Notes: a model not told the origin generated them from the sequence alone. A stretch of DNA of 64,000 nucleotides from Octopus sinensis (GCF_006345805.1 NC_042997.1:177258001-177322000), one strand, 5' to 3'. Shown: positions 14,214-26,323, numbered from the stretch's first letter. Numbers and translations: made by a program.

Positions 14214-14255
14214 CATTATTATTATTATTACTATTGTTATTATTATTATCATTCA
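13775..14255. repeat. (TTA/TCA)n trinucleotide microsatellite array
   Basis: Direct sequence; explains the poly-N/I/Y/L ORFs. Confidence 0.97.
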
Positions 14256-14598
14256 CTATATCGATTTATGCATTTATTGCTGAGGTAGGGTATTACTCCC
14301 CGCTCTAAAGATATACTGAACAACCCTTATCTCTTGACCTCTTAACAGATGTTACACTTATTTCCATTACAGATTCTTATTAACGACCTAGATTTACGTA
14401 GTTGGACGTTATCTTGCTTATTGAATGTATTCATATCAGTAGAGTGTTTGATTAAATTTCTAAAGAGTTCTTAGTCATTGATACAACAATATTGTCATGC
14501 TTCAAAATCTATTGCAATCATTTGTAGAATAGTTATCCTGTGTGTGTGTGTGTATGTGTGTGTGTATGTATGTATGTATGTATGTATGTATGTATGTA

Positions 14599-14655
<57 letters not shown>

Positions 14656-14711
14656 GTCTATATCTATATTACACACATACACAAGTATACATATATACAT
14701 ATACACACACA

Positions 14712-14778
<67 letters not shown>

Positions 14779-14821
14779 ACATATGTATATATATATATAT
14801 ATTTGACATATATATTATATA

Positions 14822-15190
14822 GGCGCAGGCGTGGATGAGGAGTAAGAATTTTGCTTCTCAGCCACATGTCTCCGGGTTCAAATCCACTCCGTGGCACCTT
14901 GGTCAAGTGTCTTCTATTATAGTGTCGGGTCGACCAAAGCAGTGAAAGAAGCACACACGTACACACTCACATTTGTGTGTGTGTGCGTGTGTGTGTGTGT
15001 GTTTATTTCTGTGCCCCCCACCACACCACTTGGTGACCGGTGTTGGTTTTTTTACGACCCGTTACTTAGCGTTAGTAGAATAAGTACCGGGCTTAAAGAC
15101 AAAAAAATTACTGGGGTAGATTAGTTCAACTAAAATTTTTCATGGTGGTGACCCAGCATGGCTGCAGTCTAACGACTGAAACATGTAATA
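14822..15190 (+). mobile_element. SINE family A (diverged)
   Basis: Family A head plus 3' module ending gcagtctaacgactgaaac. Confidence 0.75.
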
Positions 15191-15225
15191 ATTATATGCA
15201 TACCTATATACATATATAATATATT

Positions 15226-15388
15226 TTAAGCGTGACTCTGTGGTACGAAGCTTGCTTCCCAACCCCATGGTTCCATGTTCAGTTCTACTACGTGGCACCA
15301 TGGGCAAATGTCTTCTACTATATATAGCCTCAGGCTGACCAAGGCTTTGTGAGTGGATTTGGCAGACGGAAGCAGAAAGAAACCTGTC

Positions 15389-15426
<38 letters not shown>

Positions 15427-15628
15427 GTATAATATATATATATATATATGTATATATATTATATGTATATATATTATGTATATATATAATATATGTATAT
15501 ATATATGTATATATATATGTGTATATATATATGTATATATATAATATGTATATATATAATATATATATATATAATGTATATATATATATGTATATATATA
15601 TATATGTATATGTATATGTATATACTCG

Positions 15629-15661
<33 letters not shown>

Positions 15662-15860
15662 TTGTCTCCCCATCATCGCTTGACAGCCGATGCTGGTGTG
15701 TTTATGTCCCCGTAACTTAGCTGTGTGGCAATAGTGACTGATAGAATAGGTATTAGGCTTATAAGGAATAAGTCCTGGGGTCGATTTGTTGACAAAAACC
15801 CTTTCATGCAGTGCTCCAGCATGGCAGCAATCAAATGACTGAAACAAATTAAAGAATAAA
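15226..15860 (+). mobile_element. SINE family A with ~270-bp internal microsatellite
   Basis: Head 15226-15388, (TA/TG)n 15389-15660, 3' module to 15860. Confidence 0.8.
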
Positions 15861-15891
15861 AGACAGAGGAATATATAGGTATGTATGTATG

Positions 15892-15925
<34 letters not shown>

Positions 15926-16401
15926 TACACACACACATGCGCACACACTCACGGGCATACATGCACACATTCCTAACACTCACACACACGTACACACACC
16001 CACATATACACACACGCACTCGTACACGCACATACAATACACACGCACACACACAGAATAACGCACACTTGCTCCACAGACACAACCTCTCACACGACCC
16101 CACTCATACGCACATACACACACGTACACATACATACACACACACACGCACACACACAGACACAGACTCAGAGCAATAGAAGACCTCACTTGTCACGTCA
16201 TGAGACTGAAACGAGGACCACATGGTCGAGAAGCAAGCTTCGGAACCACACAACTACGCCTGCGCTTACTGCAAAAATATGCATATATTTGTATATATTT
16301 ATCTGTGTGAGTGTAAATTCGCTCACATACGCATATATGCATTTGAGCAATTACGCAGATCTACGTTAGTACATACATACATACATACATACATACATAC
16401 A

Positions 16402-16433
<32 letters not shown>

Positions 16434-17635
16434 CATATATATATATATTATATAAAGAAATTTGTATGATTATGTATAGAGAGATATATATTATTCAAAG
16501 GAATTCCAACTCTGTTTTTAATGTTTTATTTATATTCTATATAATATTAATGTAGAATATAGAATATATAGTATAAATAGTAAAATGAAATGAAGTATTG
16601 ATTGTCTTATTGAATAGATAAAATATTGAATATCAAATATTAAGGAACTAGTATACTTTCTTGCATTAAAGCAGTCTTCAAGGTCCCAGGTTGTGACACG
16701 AGTGTTTCAACTGTATATATATATGCAAATATCAGAAAGATACTCTATAACGTCGTTCATAAATGTTTTTCTCTATAGCTAACGAAAATCTTGAACCTCA
16801 CCACCGCGCTTCTTCCCCAACTAATACTTGTTTATACGCTTTCTTTATAATTCTTAATGTCTTTAGAAATGTTTGTATGTAAACTTGTGTTTATGCTAGT
16901 TTATATTGGTAAGTCGTTGCGTTCACTTTCATCACATTTTAAAATTGTATATACTGTAAAATGTCAAAAGGATTTTTGTCGTCCATTTGCAATTTTATCA
17001 CTGGCGTATCAAAGTTTTTTTTTTTATTGAGAAATATTTTTTGATATACGATACCATCAACAAATTTACTTTATAGTACACAACACCATCAATAATATAA
17101 AACAAGTGACTAAGTGCAATATCTGTATCTTTTCAATGTCTATCATGGCACATCCATAGAGAAGACGTATTATTATATTCCTGATGTGATAAATGATGTT
17201 ATTTGCTATATTTCTTATCGTTCCTTGTCGTAGGTGTAATTTAGGAAAATGTTCTGGAGATAAATAACAGCAACATAGTCTACTTTATGGTTATGATTTT
17301 CTCATAACAACTATTCATCGGATGTGTTATACTCATTTAAGCAAACCGTATACCTCTGATTTGGTTTATTTTGAAGATACTAGTGTGAGGTGTGATCAGC
17401 TTAAGAGATTTTCTCTCGGTAAAGGGAAATAATGTATAATAAATATTTCATTTGTTATTTCATAACTTGGGGCAGTGGATTGGCAGAATCGTTTGAGCTT
17501 CAGATAAAATTACCTTCAGTTAGTGTTCTTTCCGTCTTCAGTTCAAATCATGCTGAGATTAACTTTTCTCTCCGGATTCGACGACAGTACTTATCTGAAC
17601 GTGTAGTAAACTTTTTAACTTCAATCTCACTTCAG

Positions 17636-17721
17636 CTCTCAGTTCTTGATGGAGCTGTTGGGACAACGTCCTGACATACAGCATGGCATGAGCATCTTAA
17701 ACTTAGTGAATGCATTACTCT
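17636..17721 (+). CDS. Possible host coding exon (unidentified)
   Basis: Polypyrimidine tract-CAG acceptor, open frame SQFLMELLGQRPDIQHGMSILNLVNALL, GTAGGT donor. No homology recognised. Confidence 0.25.
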
Positions 17722-19330
17722 GTAGGTCTGACAATAGCAGATTTTTTTCCAGGGGGCAGGGGAATGAGAAGAAGAAGAAGAAGAACCTATTATGGGATTT
17801 GATCCTAAAGCGGCAGAAAATTGAAACGAATATCGCAATACGCTCTAACGAGCATTTTAATGGCTGCTTTAAGATATATTTGATATATTTGACAGATCAT
17901 TTGATCCTTCTTCGTTTCCTAAGCATTTTGTACTCCTGTGGAATCTTTGAAATACATTCCATGTTTTAGGAAACCTCCAACAAAAAACTTATATATATTT
18001 ATTAATCTTGCTGTCTTTTCCTGGCCTAAAATTAAATTTCTCAAGGTATTAAACAAACCTTGAAACTTTCGACTGTTTGGTTGTGCTAAATCCATTAGAC
18101 GTCGCAAAGAGGTTTTAAGAAATTCCGCCTTAATCACGATCTTCGTAGAGAACACCAACATCCCCAGCATTCAATATTGCAACAATGAACAGCAACAATA
18201 TCATCAACATCATTCCAAACACTCTCACCAATACCACCACTGCTACCATCAACAATAACATTATCAATGTAAACTAACATTACCAATTCAACCACCATCA
18301 CCAATCCCGCCACCTACACCTTACTACCACCTTCACCATCATCACCAATAGTATTACTACCACCATAGACAACATCACCACAAAAGCCGCCATCCAAGCA
18401 CAGCATAAATAACAACTACTGCAGCAACAAGTCGAGTAGTGGCAGTAATCAGTTCAAACGTTAATAGAAAAAAAATCAGTGAATCGATCAACTGAAATTT
18501 ACGTTGAAGAGTTTTCACGTTGGAAGATTTCACGCTGTGGGTTGATTCCACTGATTTCAACTCTCGTCGCCATTTGTTTCTTTGAATCTGAGGTCAAACG
18601 AATTATGTGTTATGTGCTTACGTGCTTCACGTGCAATCACAACAAACGCAAATTATCGGATGAGTTAGATGTAAAAGCAAAGTCTGAAAGTAAGTTCTTA
18701 AATGAATTCTACTAATTTACGCACAAGCAAACAAACATACAGACACGAACACACATAAATACACATACAATATAAAAAAAACCCAAAACACTCGTATACA
18801 CTTATGCACAAACAAACAGATGGTATGTGTAGGAGTATCATGGTATGTGTATTATCATATAAATCTTGGATAAATCTAAGTGCACTTCCACCGAAATCTA
18901 GTAACGGTCAGAGATTATGACGCACTATGGAGGAGTTGGGGTGGGTAAAAAGTTAATGTTTTCGCATCTATAAAATCATTTAGTTCTGTGTAGGTGTATG
19001 CACACACATACATGCGTACACACATAGCCGCATACATACATACATAGATACAAACATATACACATTCATTATATAGACACACATAATCATATATACTTAT
19101 GCATACACAGGCATACGTACATACTTACGCCTTTTACGCAGGTGGTGTTATGCTTGGTTACGTTGAAAGCAACACCTAATGCGTTGTAGAACTATTCTAA
19201 CACGTAGCCAGGTACCATCTCTGATCAAAAGCCTAAGATTGATCTAATTCAATAATGGTGCGAACAATTCCGTAAGTTTAGTTCCTGACACAGAATAATA
19301 TCTTCTTTATTATCATCAATGCAGGTTTTA

Positions 19331-20085
19331 AGGCGGCAAGCTGGCAGAATCGTTAGTACGCCGAGCGAAATGCTTACCGGTACTTCGTCTGCTGCTACAT
19401 TCTGAATTCAAATTCCGCCGAGGTCGACTTTGCTTTTCATCCTTTCGGATGAGTACTGTAGTCGTCGTAATCGACTTAACCCCTCCCCCAAATTTCAGGC
19501 CTTGTGCCTATAGTAGAAGGGATTATTCTTTTCTACTCTAGGCACAAGACCCGAAATTTGGGGAGGAGGAGGCCAGTCGATTAGATCGGCCCCAGTACGC
19601 AACTGGTACTTAATCTATCGACCCGGAAAGGTTGAAAAGCTAAGTCGACCACGGCAGAATTTGAACTCAGACGAAATACCTATTTCTTTACTACTTACAA
19701 GGGGCTAAACACAGAGAGGACAAATAAACAGATTAAGTCGATCATATCGACCCCAGTGCATAACTAGTACTTATGTAATCGACCCCGAAAGGATGAAAGG
19801 CAAAGTCGACCTCGGCGGAATTTGTACTCAGAACGTAGCGGCACACGAAATACCTATTTCTTTAGTACCCACAAGGGGCTGAACACAGAGAGGACAAACA
19901 AGGACAGACAAATGGATCAAGTCGATTACACCGACCCCAGTGCGTAACTGGTACTTAAATTATCGACACCGAAAGGACGAAAGGCAAAGTCGACCTCGGC
20001 GGAATTTGAACTCAGAACGTAGCGGCAGACGAAATACCGCTAGGCATTTCGCCCGGCGTGCTAACGTTTCTGCCAACTCGCCGTC
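19331..20085. mobile_element. Cluster of family B SINEs (one +, then partially tandem - copies)
   Basis: ggcggcaagctggcagaatcgttag...gtcgactttgcttttcatcctttcgg, and repeated reverse complements. Confidence 0.85.
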
Positions 20086-20527
20086 TTGTAGAAGGGATCA
20101 TTAATGCAGCTTTGTTCTATAAATCACACAATGCGTAGTTTCTTTTCTTTTATCGATTTAAAAAAATATATAACTGAAGCAGGGTAACGTAGTTAATGCT
20201 CTTTTTTCTCTTCGGGAAAAGTTGCAAATAATGTTCAATGTAAAGAATAAAGTGAATTTAAGATTTAATTTTCTGTATTCCATAACCCATGTAAATTTTG
20301 CTGGGCAGGTCCGCCTTGGTAAGCTAAATAATGATTATCTCCGTTCCCTCATCTTTTTCATTTCATTTTATCCCGACTATCTCGCCAAATGTGCACTACT
20401 TTGAAGAACTCACTGATGACAACTGTAATCACACAGGAAGCATTATTGATGTGATATAGATATCAAAATGAATCTGCAGATTATCCATGGATATTGTATA
20501 TATGTACATTAAGGTATACGTATGTAA

Positions 20528-20687
20528 GCGCAGGCGTGGCTGTGCGGTAAGTAGTTTGCTTCCCAACTACATGGTTGCGGTTTCAGTTCTATAGTGTGGT
20601 ACGTTAGGCAAATGTCTTCTACTATAGCGTCAGGCCGGCCAAAGCCTTGTGAGTGGAGTTGGTAAACGGAAACTGTAAGAAGCCCAT

Positions 20688-20722
<35 letters not shown>

Positions 20723-20900
20723 TTATCCCCACCACGCTTGACAACCGGTGTTAGTATGTTTACGTCCGCGTAACTTAGCGATTCGGCAAAAGAAACCGAT
20801 AGAATGTGTAGCAGGCTTTACAAATAATAATGATAATAAGTTCGATTAAAATTCCTCAGGGCGATGGCCGCAGTCTAATGAATGAAACAGGTAAGAGATA
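20528..20900 (+). mobile_element. SINE family A
   Basis: Head, (TG)n core and 3' module. Confidence 0.8.
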
Positions 20901-21024
20901 AATGATAGGAAACTAGACTTATCTTTTTTTAAGTATCTATATTTCCTCTTCCCCACCCGAAGATGAAAAAAGAAAGATGAAAAATGTAAACATTTTTGAA
21001 AAACCAGTCAGCATCTTTTACTTT

Positions 21025-21240
21025 ATCGTTTACTTGTTATAGTCGTTAGATTGCGGTCATACTGGGGCACCGCTTTGGAGAATTTTTTAGTCGAATAAAT
21101 CGACACCAGTTCTTTTATTTCGAAGCCTGGTAATTATTCTAAGGGCCTCTTTTGCCTAACCCCCTAAGTTAATTGGACGTAAACACACCAGCACCGGTTG
21201 CCAAGCGGTGGAGAGGGACAAACACACGCACACACAAACA
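21025..21240 (-). mobile_element. SINE family A, 3' half (left part of the SINE split by the PLE)
   Basis: Reverse complement of the family A 3' module, running into the (TCTA)(TC)(TA)n tract that abuts the PLE. Confidence 0.75.
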
Positions 21241-21264
21241 CACATCTATCTATCTATCTATCTA

Positions 21265-21340
<76 letters not shown>

Positions 21341-21394
21341 GTGAATTGAAGAAATGGAGCTGAACGCAGATTGAACAGAAATCGTTTTATTTCA

Positions 21395-21474
21395 TTCTAC
21401 ACGTGTTTCGAAAGGCACAAATTACCAAAATCCGATTGAATAATGGGACCATATTGTGTCTTTCTCTTCAGGAA
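21395..21474 (-). ncRNA. Type I hammerhead ribozyme, inverted pLTR copy
   Basis: Reverse-complement copy of 25734-25813, matching across core and stems. Confidence 0.85.
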
Positions 21475-22470
21475 GAAAAAAGGAAATCCGCTGGAAAACA
21501 AAAGCAGAACAGAGGCTGAGCAATAACAAATCGAACTATGCTCCTAAGAGCCCATGGCGAAACTGTTTATCAGTGTATGTTGAGAACCGGTGGCTGAAGA
21601 ATTCAACGGGTCAGGCATCGGTCAATCATGTGGGTGAGGGTGTATAGATGTTCTTTGTGACCGAGCATAAAGTTCTGACTATTTAAGGAATATTGGATGT
21701 TTTATAAGGGGCGAGAAAAAATCTACTTAGAGACGTGTGTGTGTGTATACTGTTCTATATAGTGTGTTGGCGTAGGGGTAGAAAACTTTTTTGTGTACGT
21801 GTGTGCGTTTGATCGTTCGGCTGTCAGTGGCTACTGCCGTGATAACCGTTGGGTGGCAGAAAGAAAAAAATATATATATATATGTTTTATGTGTGTGTGT
21901 GTGTTCATCTAAGCCTGCCTTGTCAAGGAAACCCCCGCTGTGAAAAAACCAAGCCCCGTTTGTCTTACAGGAGTAATTCCCCTTGCAGTGGTTAATCGTA
22001 GATATCTTAAAGGCTATTTCAGAATTTGTTACCAAGGGCTATGGGTGCCGGTATTATTTATAAACGCTATTTGAAAGCCAGATAAGTGTAACGCCGCCAA
22101 TGGGGGCATCGAAAAGCCGACTGTAAGAGCCCGTTTACCATCCGGCCTCTGGCAAACAAAATATGGAAGAGTTCGGAGACACAAAGGTTGCACTGTCTTC
22201 TGCCCCTATCAAATGGGAGGGCCACCGACAAAATTGACCATTCCAGCCTATAGCTTAAGTTCGGATCCTTCAGTCGCCATATTATCCGCACCAACGCACG
22301 GTTGCAACGCCAGATGGTTGTACCTCCAACCGTGCTGTTTACTGCTGTGATTTTTGCTACTAAGGTATCGGTTAAACTTTTGATTAATCTACTACAAGAT
22401 TATTCATCTTTCTATTTCACATAATACATACCGCTTCGTCATGAAACTGCTACTTTAACCGATACCAATA

Positions 22471-25133
22471 ATGGAGTTGTTCGAGATTGATGCGTCCCTT
22501 AAGGATATTCCTATACCACCAAAGGATGCCTTCCTTAAGGAGTTGGTTTGTAAAACCAACGCATTCATAAACCGGATAAGATGGCTCATTTTCTTCCACG
22601 AGAACGAAGATCTAAAATCGAACCGGACAACAGCATCGTCCGAATACGGCCGGCTTTTTAAAACATTGGATACGCCGCCACCGAACCCAAGACTGAAGAA
22701 GTTTGAGGACGACTGTGGGACATAGTTAGAAAGATTAAGTTCAGGAAGTCACCCAGGAGAAATGCCCACCTCAGATACCTAGATAAAATTACCAAGGACA
22801 TTAATAGAACGGACGGAGTCCTGGTCCAGTCCGACAAGACCAGGAACACATACAAGATGCCCATTAAGCAGTACCTAGATTTACTCGGTAAAGAGATCAA
22901 GAAAAATTATAGAAAAACCAATTGGAGTACCCTGAGGAAGGTAAACTTGGAAATTAAGGAAATAATATTTTTAAACACCGAATTCAAATGAGAACTCAGC
23001 CGCTTAGCCCCAAGCAACCCAGATTTATAGTGAAGGACCATAAACCTAACTTCCACACCAACCCAGCGCTAAGACTCATATGCCCTGCTAGATCTGATAT
23101 CGGGACAATCAGTAAGTACATTTTAGATAAATATATCCCTAGTTTAGTAAACAAGCTGAAGCTCAGCCTCTGGGCCAACTCCTCGCAGGTAGTGAAGTGG
23201 TTCTCTTCCATCCCCAATAAGAACCGTACTAGGTTCATTCAGTTTGATATCGCCAGCTTCTACCCCTCGATTAACCCTAGTGTGCTAAATAAGGCCCTCT
23301 GGCATGCTCACAACAAGGCTGGCCTCACCAGAGAAGAGATAGATATCATTTTAGTTGCCAGGAAATCGTTTATTAAGTTTGATAATAAGTTGTGGATCCG
23401 TAAAGATACTCCCAATGAATTTGATGTGCCTATGGGTAGTTCGGATAGTGCGCAGATAGCCGATTTGGTCGGAATATATATTCTCTACGAATTGTCCGAC
23501 CAATTCCCGGAGATCGCGGGCGGCCTGTATCGTGACGATTGTCTGTTTTACCTGCAAAACACCACGAACAGAATAGTGCAGAAAACTAAGAGCAGGTTAG
23601 CTAGGTTTTTTAATAGAATGGGCATGAGTATAGTTTTTGATAATGAACTCACCAAGGCTAATTTCCTAGACGTTACACTTAACCTTAATAGCGACTCATA
23701 CTGCCCTTACCATAAGCCTTCCACTAATTTGAAGTATGTCAGTGTCTTCTCAAATCATGCCAAAACCGTAACAGACAATTTGGTTAAAAACATCTCTCTG
23801 CCGATATTTTTATGCAGAAAGCGGAATTTTATAACGCCGCACTATCCAAGGCCGGTTATAGGCAGAAGGTAATTTATATTGATCCGGCCCTTCCGATGCC
23901 ATCATTCGGTCATCAGGATAGGGCCGTATATAATAACATTAACATTTTAAGTAAGGACGGGAGCGCGGCGGATGCCGGGGTAGTCGCTCCCGCTTTTAAT
24001 TTAGCGAACAAGGATAATTATCGGTCCGGGAGGTCTTACACTAACCCAAGACCCGTTATTCATCCGAGAATCACCCACCAGAATGCGAGAGCTGGCGTCC
24101 CGACCCATCACACTGATAGGAATAAGCATATATGGTTTGTAATCCCCTTTGGTAAGCAGATTAGAACTAACCTCCCCCTCATGTTTAGACAAGCCATCGC
24201 CAATAACTTCCCCAGAAATTCCAAATATTACTCCACGGTTAACTCGCATAAAGTTAGGATAGCTTTCTCCAACACTAAAAACCTCGCCCAGATAATCGCC
24301 TCCCATAATAATAGGCTACTTACTAAGACCCTATCACCTTTTTCCGGAGGCACAGCCTCTTCCGCTCCCGGTTTAATGCTCAGTAGGAATAATTATAGTA
24401 GTAATAATGATATGAGAGCCAGTACAGTGACACATAATCTCAGCTCCAGCCAGGGAGTACCTACTAGGGGTATAGTTATAAATAGGGGGTTGTGGTTGAC
24501 GGTAACAATGGGAGTGGGGTAGAGAGCCCCAATAGCATCCCCAGCATCATTTCCCGCAATAGCAGCACCACGGGCAGTAGCAATGACCGCACTCTGATAG
24601 ATAGTGGAGAATCAGGGGTTATTCCTATAGTTAATAGTGACGTAGTGGAAAATAGAGTAGTAAGCGGCTGCAGGTCTCGGAACGAATATAGTGACAGGAA
24701 CGCAGTTCTAATTTCAGAAACTAATCCTAGCAGATTAAGATTCACGTCGGCGAACTCCAAGATCAAAAACGCCGTCTACCAATGCAAGGTTTACACGGAC
24801 TCAGATGTCTTCACTTATGTAGGGGCATCATCCTCAAGATTGTCTTTGCGTGTCTCCAACCATTACGCAACTTTTCGGGACGTGAACAAGCGCCAGACCA
24901 CGGGACTCAGTAAGCTAATATGGCGACTGAAGGATACGAACTTAAGCTATAGGCTGGAATGGTCAATTTTGTCGGTGGCCCTCCCATTTGATAGGGGCAG
25001 AAGACAGTGCAACCTTTGTGTCTCCGAACTCTTCCATATTTTGTTTGCCAGAGGCCGGATGGTAAACGGGCTCTTACAGTCGACTTTTCGATGCCCCCAT
25101 TGGCGGCGTTACACTTATCTGGCTTTCAAATAG
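22471..25133 (+). pseudogene. PLE RT-GIY-YIG polyprotein interrupted by four -1 frameshifts (about 22713, 22970, 23807, 24487)
   Basis: N-term SLKDIPIPPK...RIRW...KFEDD, then LWDIVRKIKFRK...DKTRNTY in frame 3. RT motifs KDHKPNF, FDIASFYPSI, PMGS, YRDD, NFLDVTLNL, PYHKP, SNH. Thumb HIWF...FP...HN. Endonuclease NAVYQC...YVG...R...H...LSKLIWRLK...CNLCVSE...CPH, stop at 25131-25133. Confidence 0.92.
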
Positions 25134-25733
25134 CGTTTATAAATAATACCGGCACCCATAGCCCTTGGTAACAAATTCTGAAATAGCCTTTAAGATATCT
25201 ACGATTAACCACTGCAAGGGGAATTACTCCTGTAAGACAAACGGGGCTTGGTTTTTTCACAGCGGGGGGTTTCCTTGACAAGGCAGGCTTAGATGAACAC
25301 ACACACACACATAAAACATAATATATATATATATTTTTTCTTTCTGCCACCCAACGGTTATCACGGCAGTAGCCACTGACAGCCGAACGATCAAACGCAC
25401 ACACGTACACAAAAAAGTTTTTCTACCCCTACGCCAACACACACATATATAGAACAGTATACACACACACACGTCTCTAAGTAGATTTTTTCTCGCCCCT
25501 TATAAAACATCCAATATTCCTTAAATAGTCAGAACTTTATGCTCGGTCACAAAGAACATCTATACACCCTCACCCACATGATTGACCGATGCCTGACCCG
25601 TTGAATTCTTCAGCCACCGGTTCTCAACATACACTGATAAACAGTTTCGCCATGGGCTCTTAGGAGCATAGTTCGATTTGTTATTGCTCAGCCTCTGTTC
25701 TGCTTTTGTTTTTCCAGCGGATTTCCTTTTTTC

Positions 25734-25813
25734 TTCCTGAAGAGAAAGACACAATATGGTCCCATTATTCAATCGGATTTTGGTAATTTGTGCCTTTCGA
25801 AACACGTGTAGAA
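25734..25813 (+). ncRNA. Type I hammerhead ribozyme in the PLE 3' pLTR
   Basis: TTC / CTGAAGA (25737-43) / stem II GAAAGACACAA:TTGTGCCTTTC / GAAA (25799-802) / palindromic stem III ACACGTGT / GTA triplet with cleavage after 25810 / GAA pairing with TTC. Confidence 0.85.
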
Positions 25814-26026
25814 TGTAATAAAACGATTTCTGTTCAATCTGCGTTCAGCTCCATTTCTTCAATTCACCAATAATGTTTTAATTTCAATTATCCGCACCAA
25901 CGCACGGTTGCAACGCCAGATGGTTGTACCTCCAACCGTGCTGTTTACTGCTGTGATTTTTGCTACTAAGGTATCGGTTAAACTTTTGATTAATCTACTA
26001 CAAGATTATTCATCTTTCTATTTCAC

Positions 26027-26072
<46 letters not shown>

Positions 26073-26076
26073 ATAT

Positions 26077-26241
26077 ATTCGACGGGCTTTTTTCCCTTTC
26101 CGTCTACGAAATCCACTAACAAGGCTTTAGTCAACCTGTGGGTATAGTATGAAGCACTTGCGCAAAGTGCCAAGCAGTGGAACTGGAGCTGGAACCATGT
26201 GGTTGGGAAGCAAGCTCCTTACCACACAGCCACTCCTGCAC
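26077..26241 (-). mobile_element. SINE family A, 5' half (right part of the SINE split by the PLE)
   Basis: tcgacgggctttt...ccttaccacacagccactcctgcac is the reverse complement of the family A head. Confidence 0.8.
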
Positions 26242-26323
26242 ACGTGTCTTTTTTTTTCTCTTATCATCATAAGAAATAAGAGGATAAAAGAAGGATAATA
26301 TTTCTTAGAGAAATATTTTTAAG

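Larger units (their letters stand above)
21338..26032 (+). mobile_element. Penelope-like retroelement, near full length (probably Neptune-type, C-terminal GIY-YIG), with 5' inverted pLTR
   Basis: 21338-22284 is the reverse complement of 24916-25870 (about 98-99% identical by eye). 22281-22426 is directly repeated at 25887-26032. RT and GIY-YIG coding sequence lies between, with an HHR in each pLTR copy. Both flanks are (TA)n. Confidence 0.93.

Noticed and set aside
13699-14308. Long ORFs (171-185 aa) of poly-N/I/Y/L
   Set aside because: Translations of a (TTA/TCA)n microsatellite in several frames; the same applies to the YI/CV/HT/MYVC ORFs throughout the window.
16692-16737. HHR-like motif on minus (CTGATA...GAAACACTCGTGTC)
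   Set aside because: Core incomplete and stems I and II do not pair; at most a very decayed remnant.
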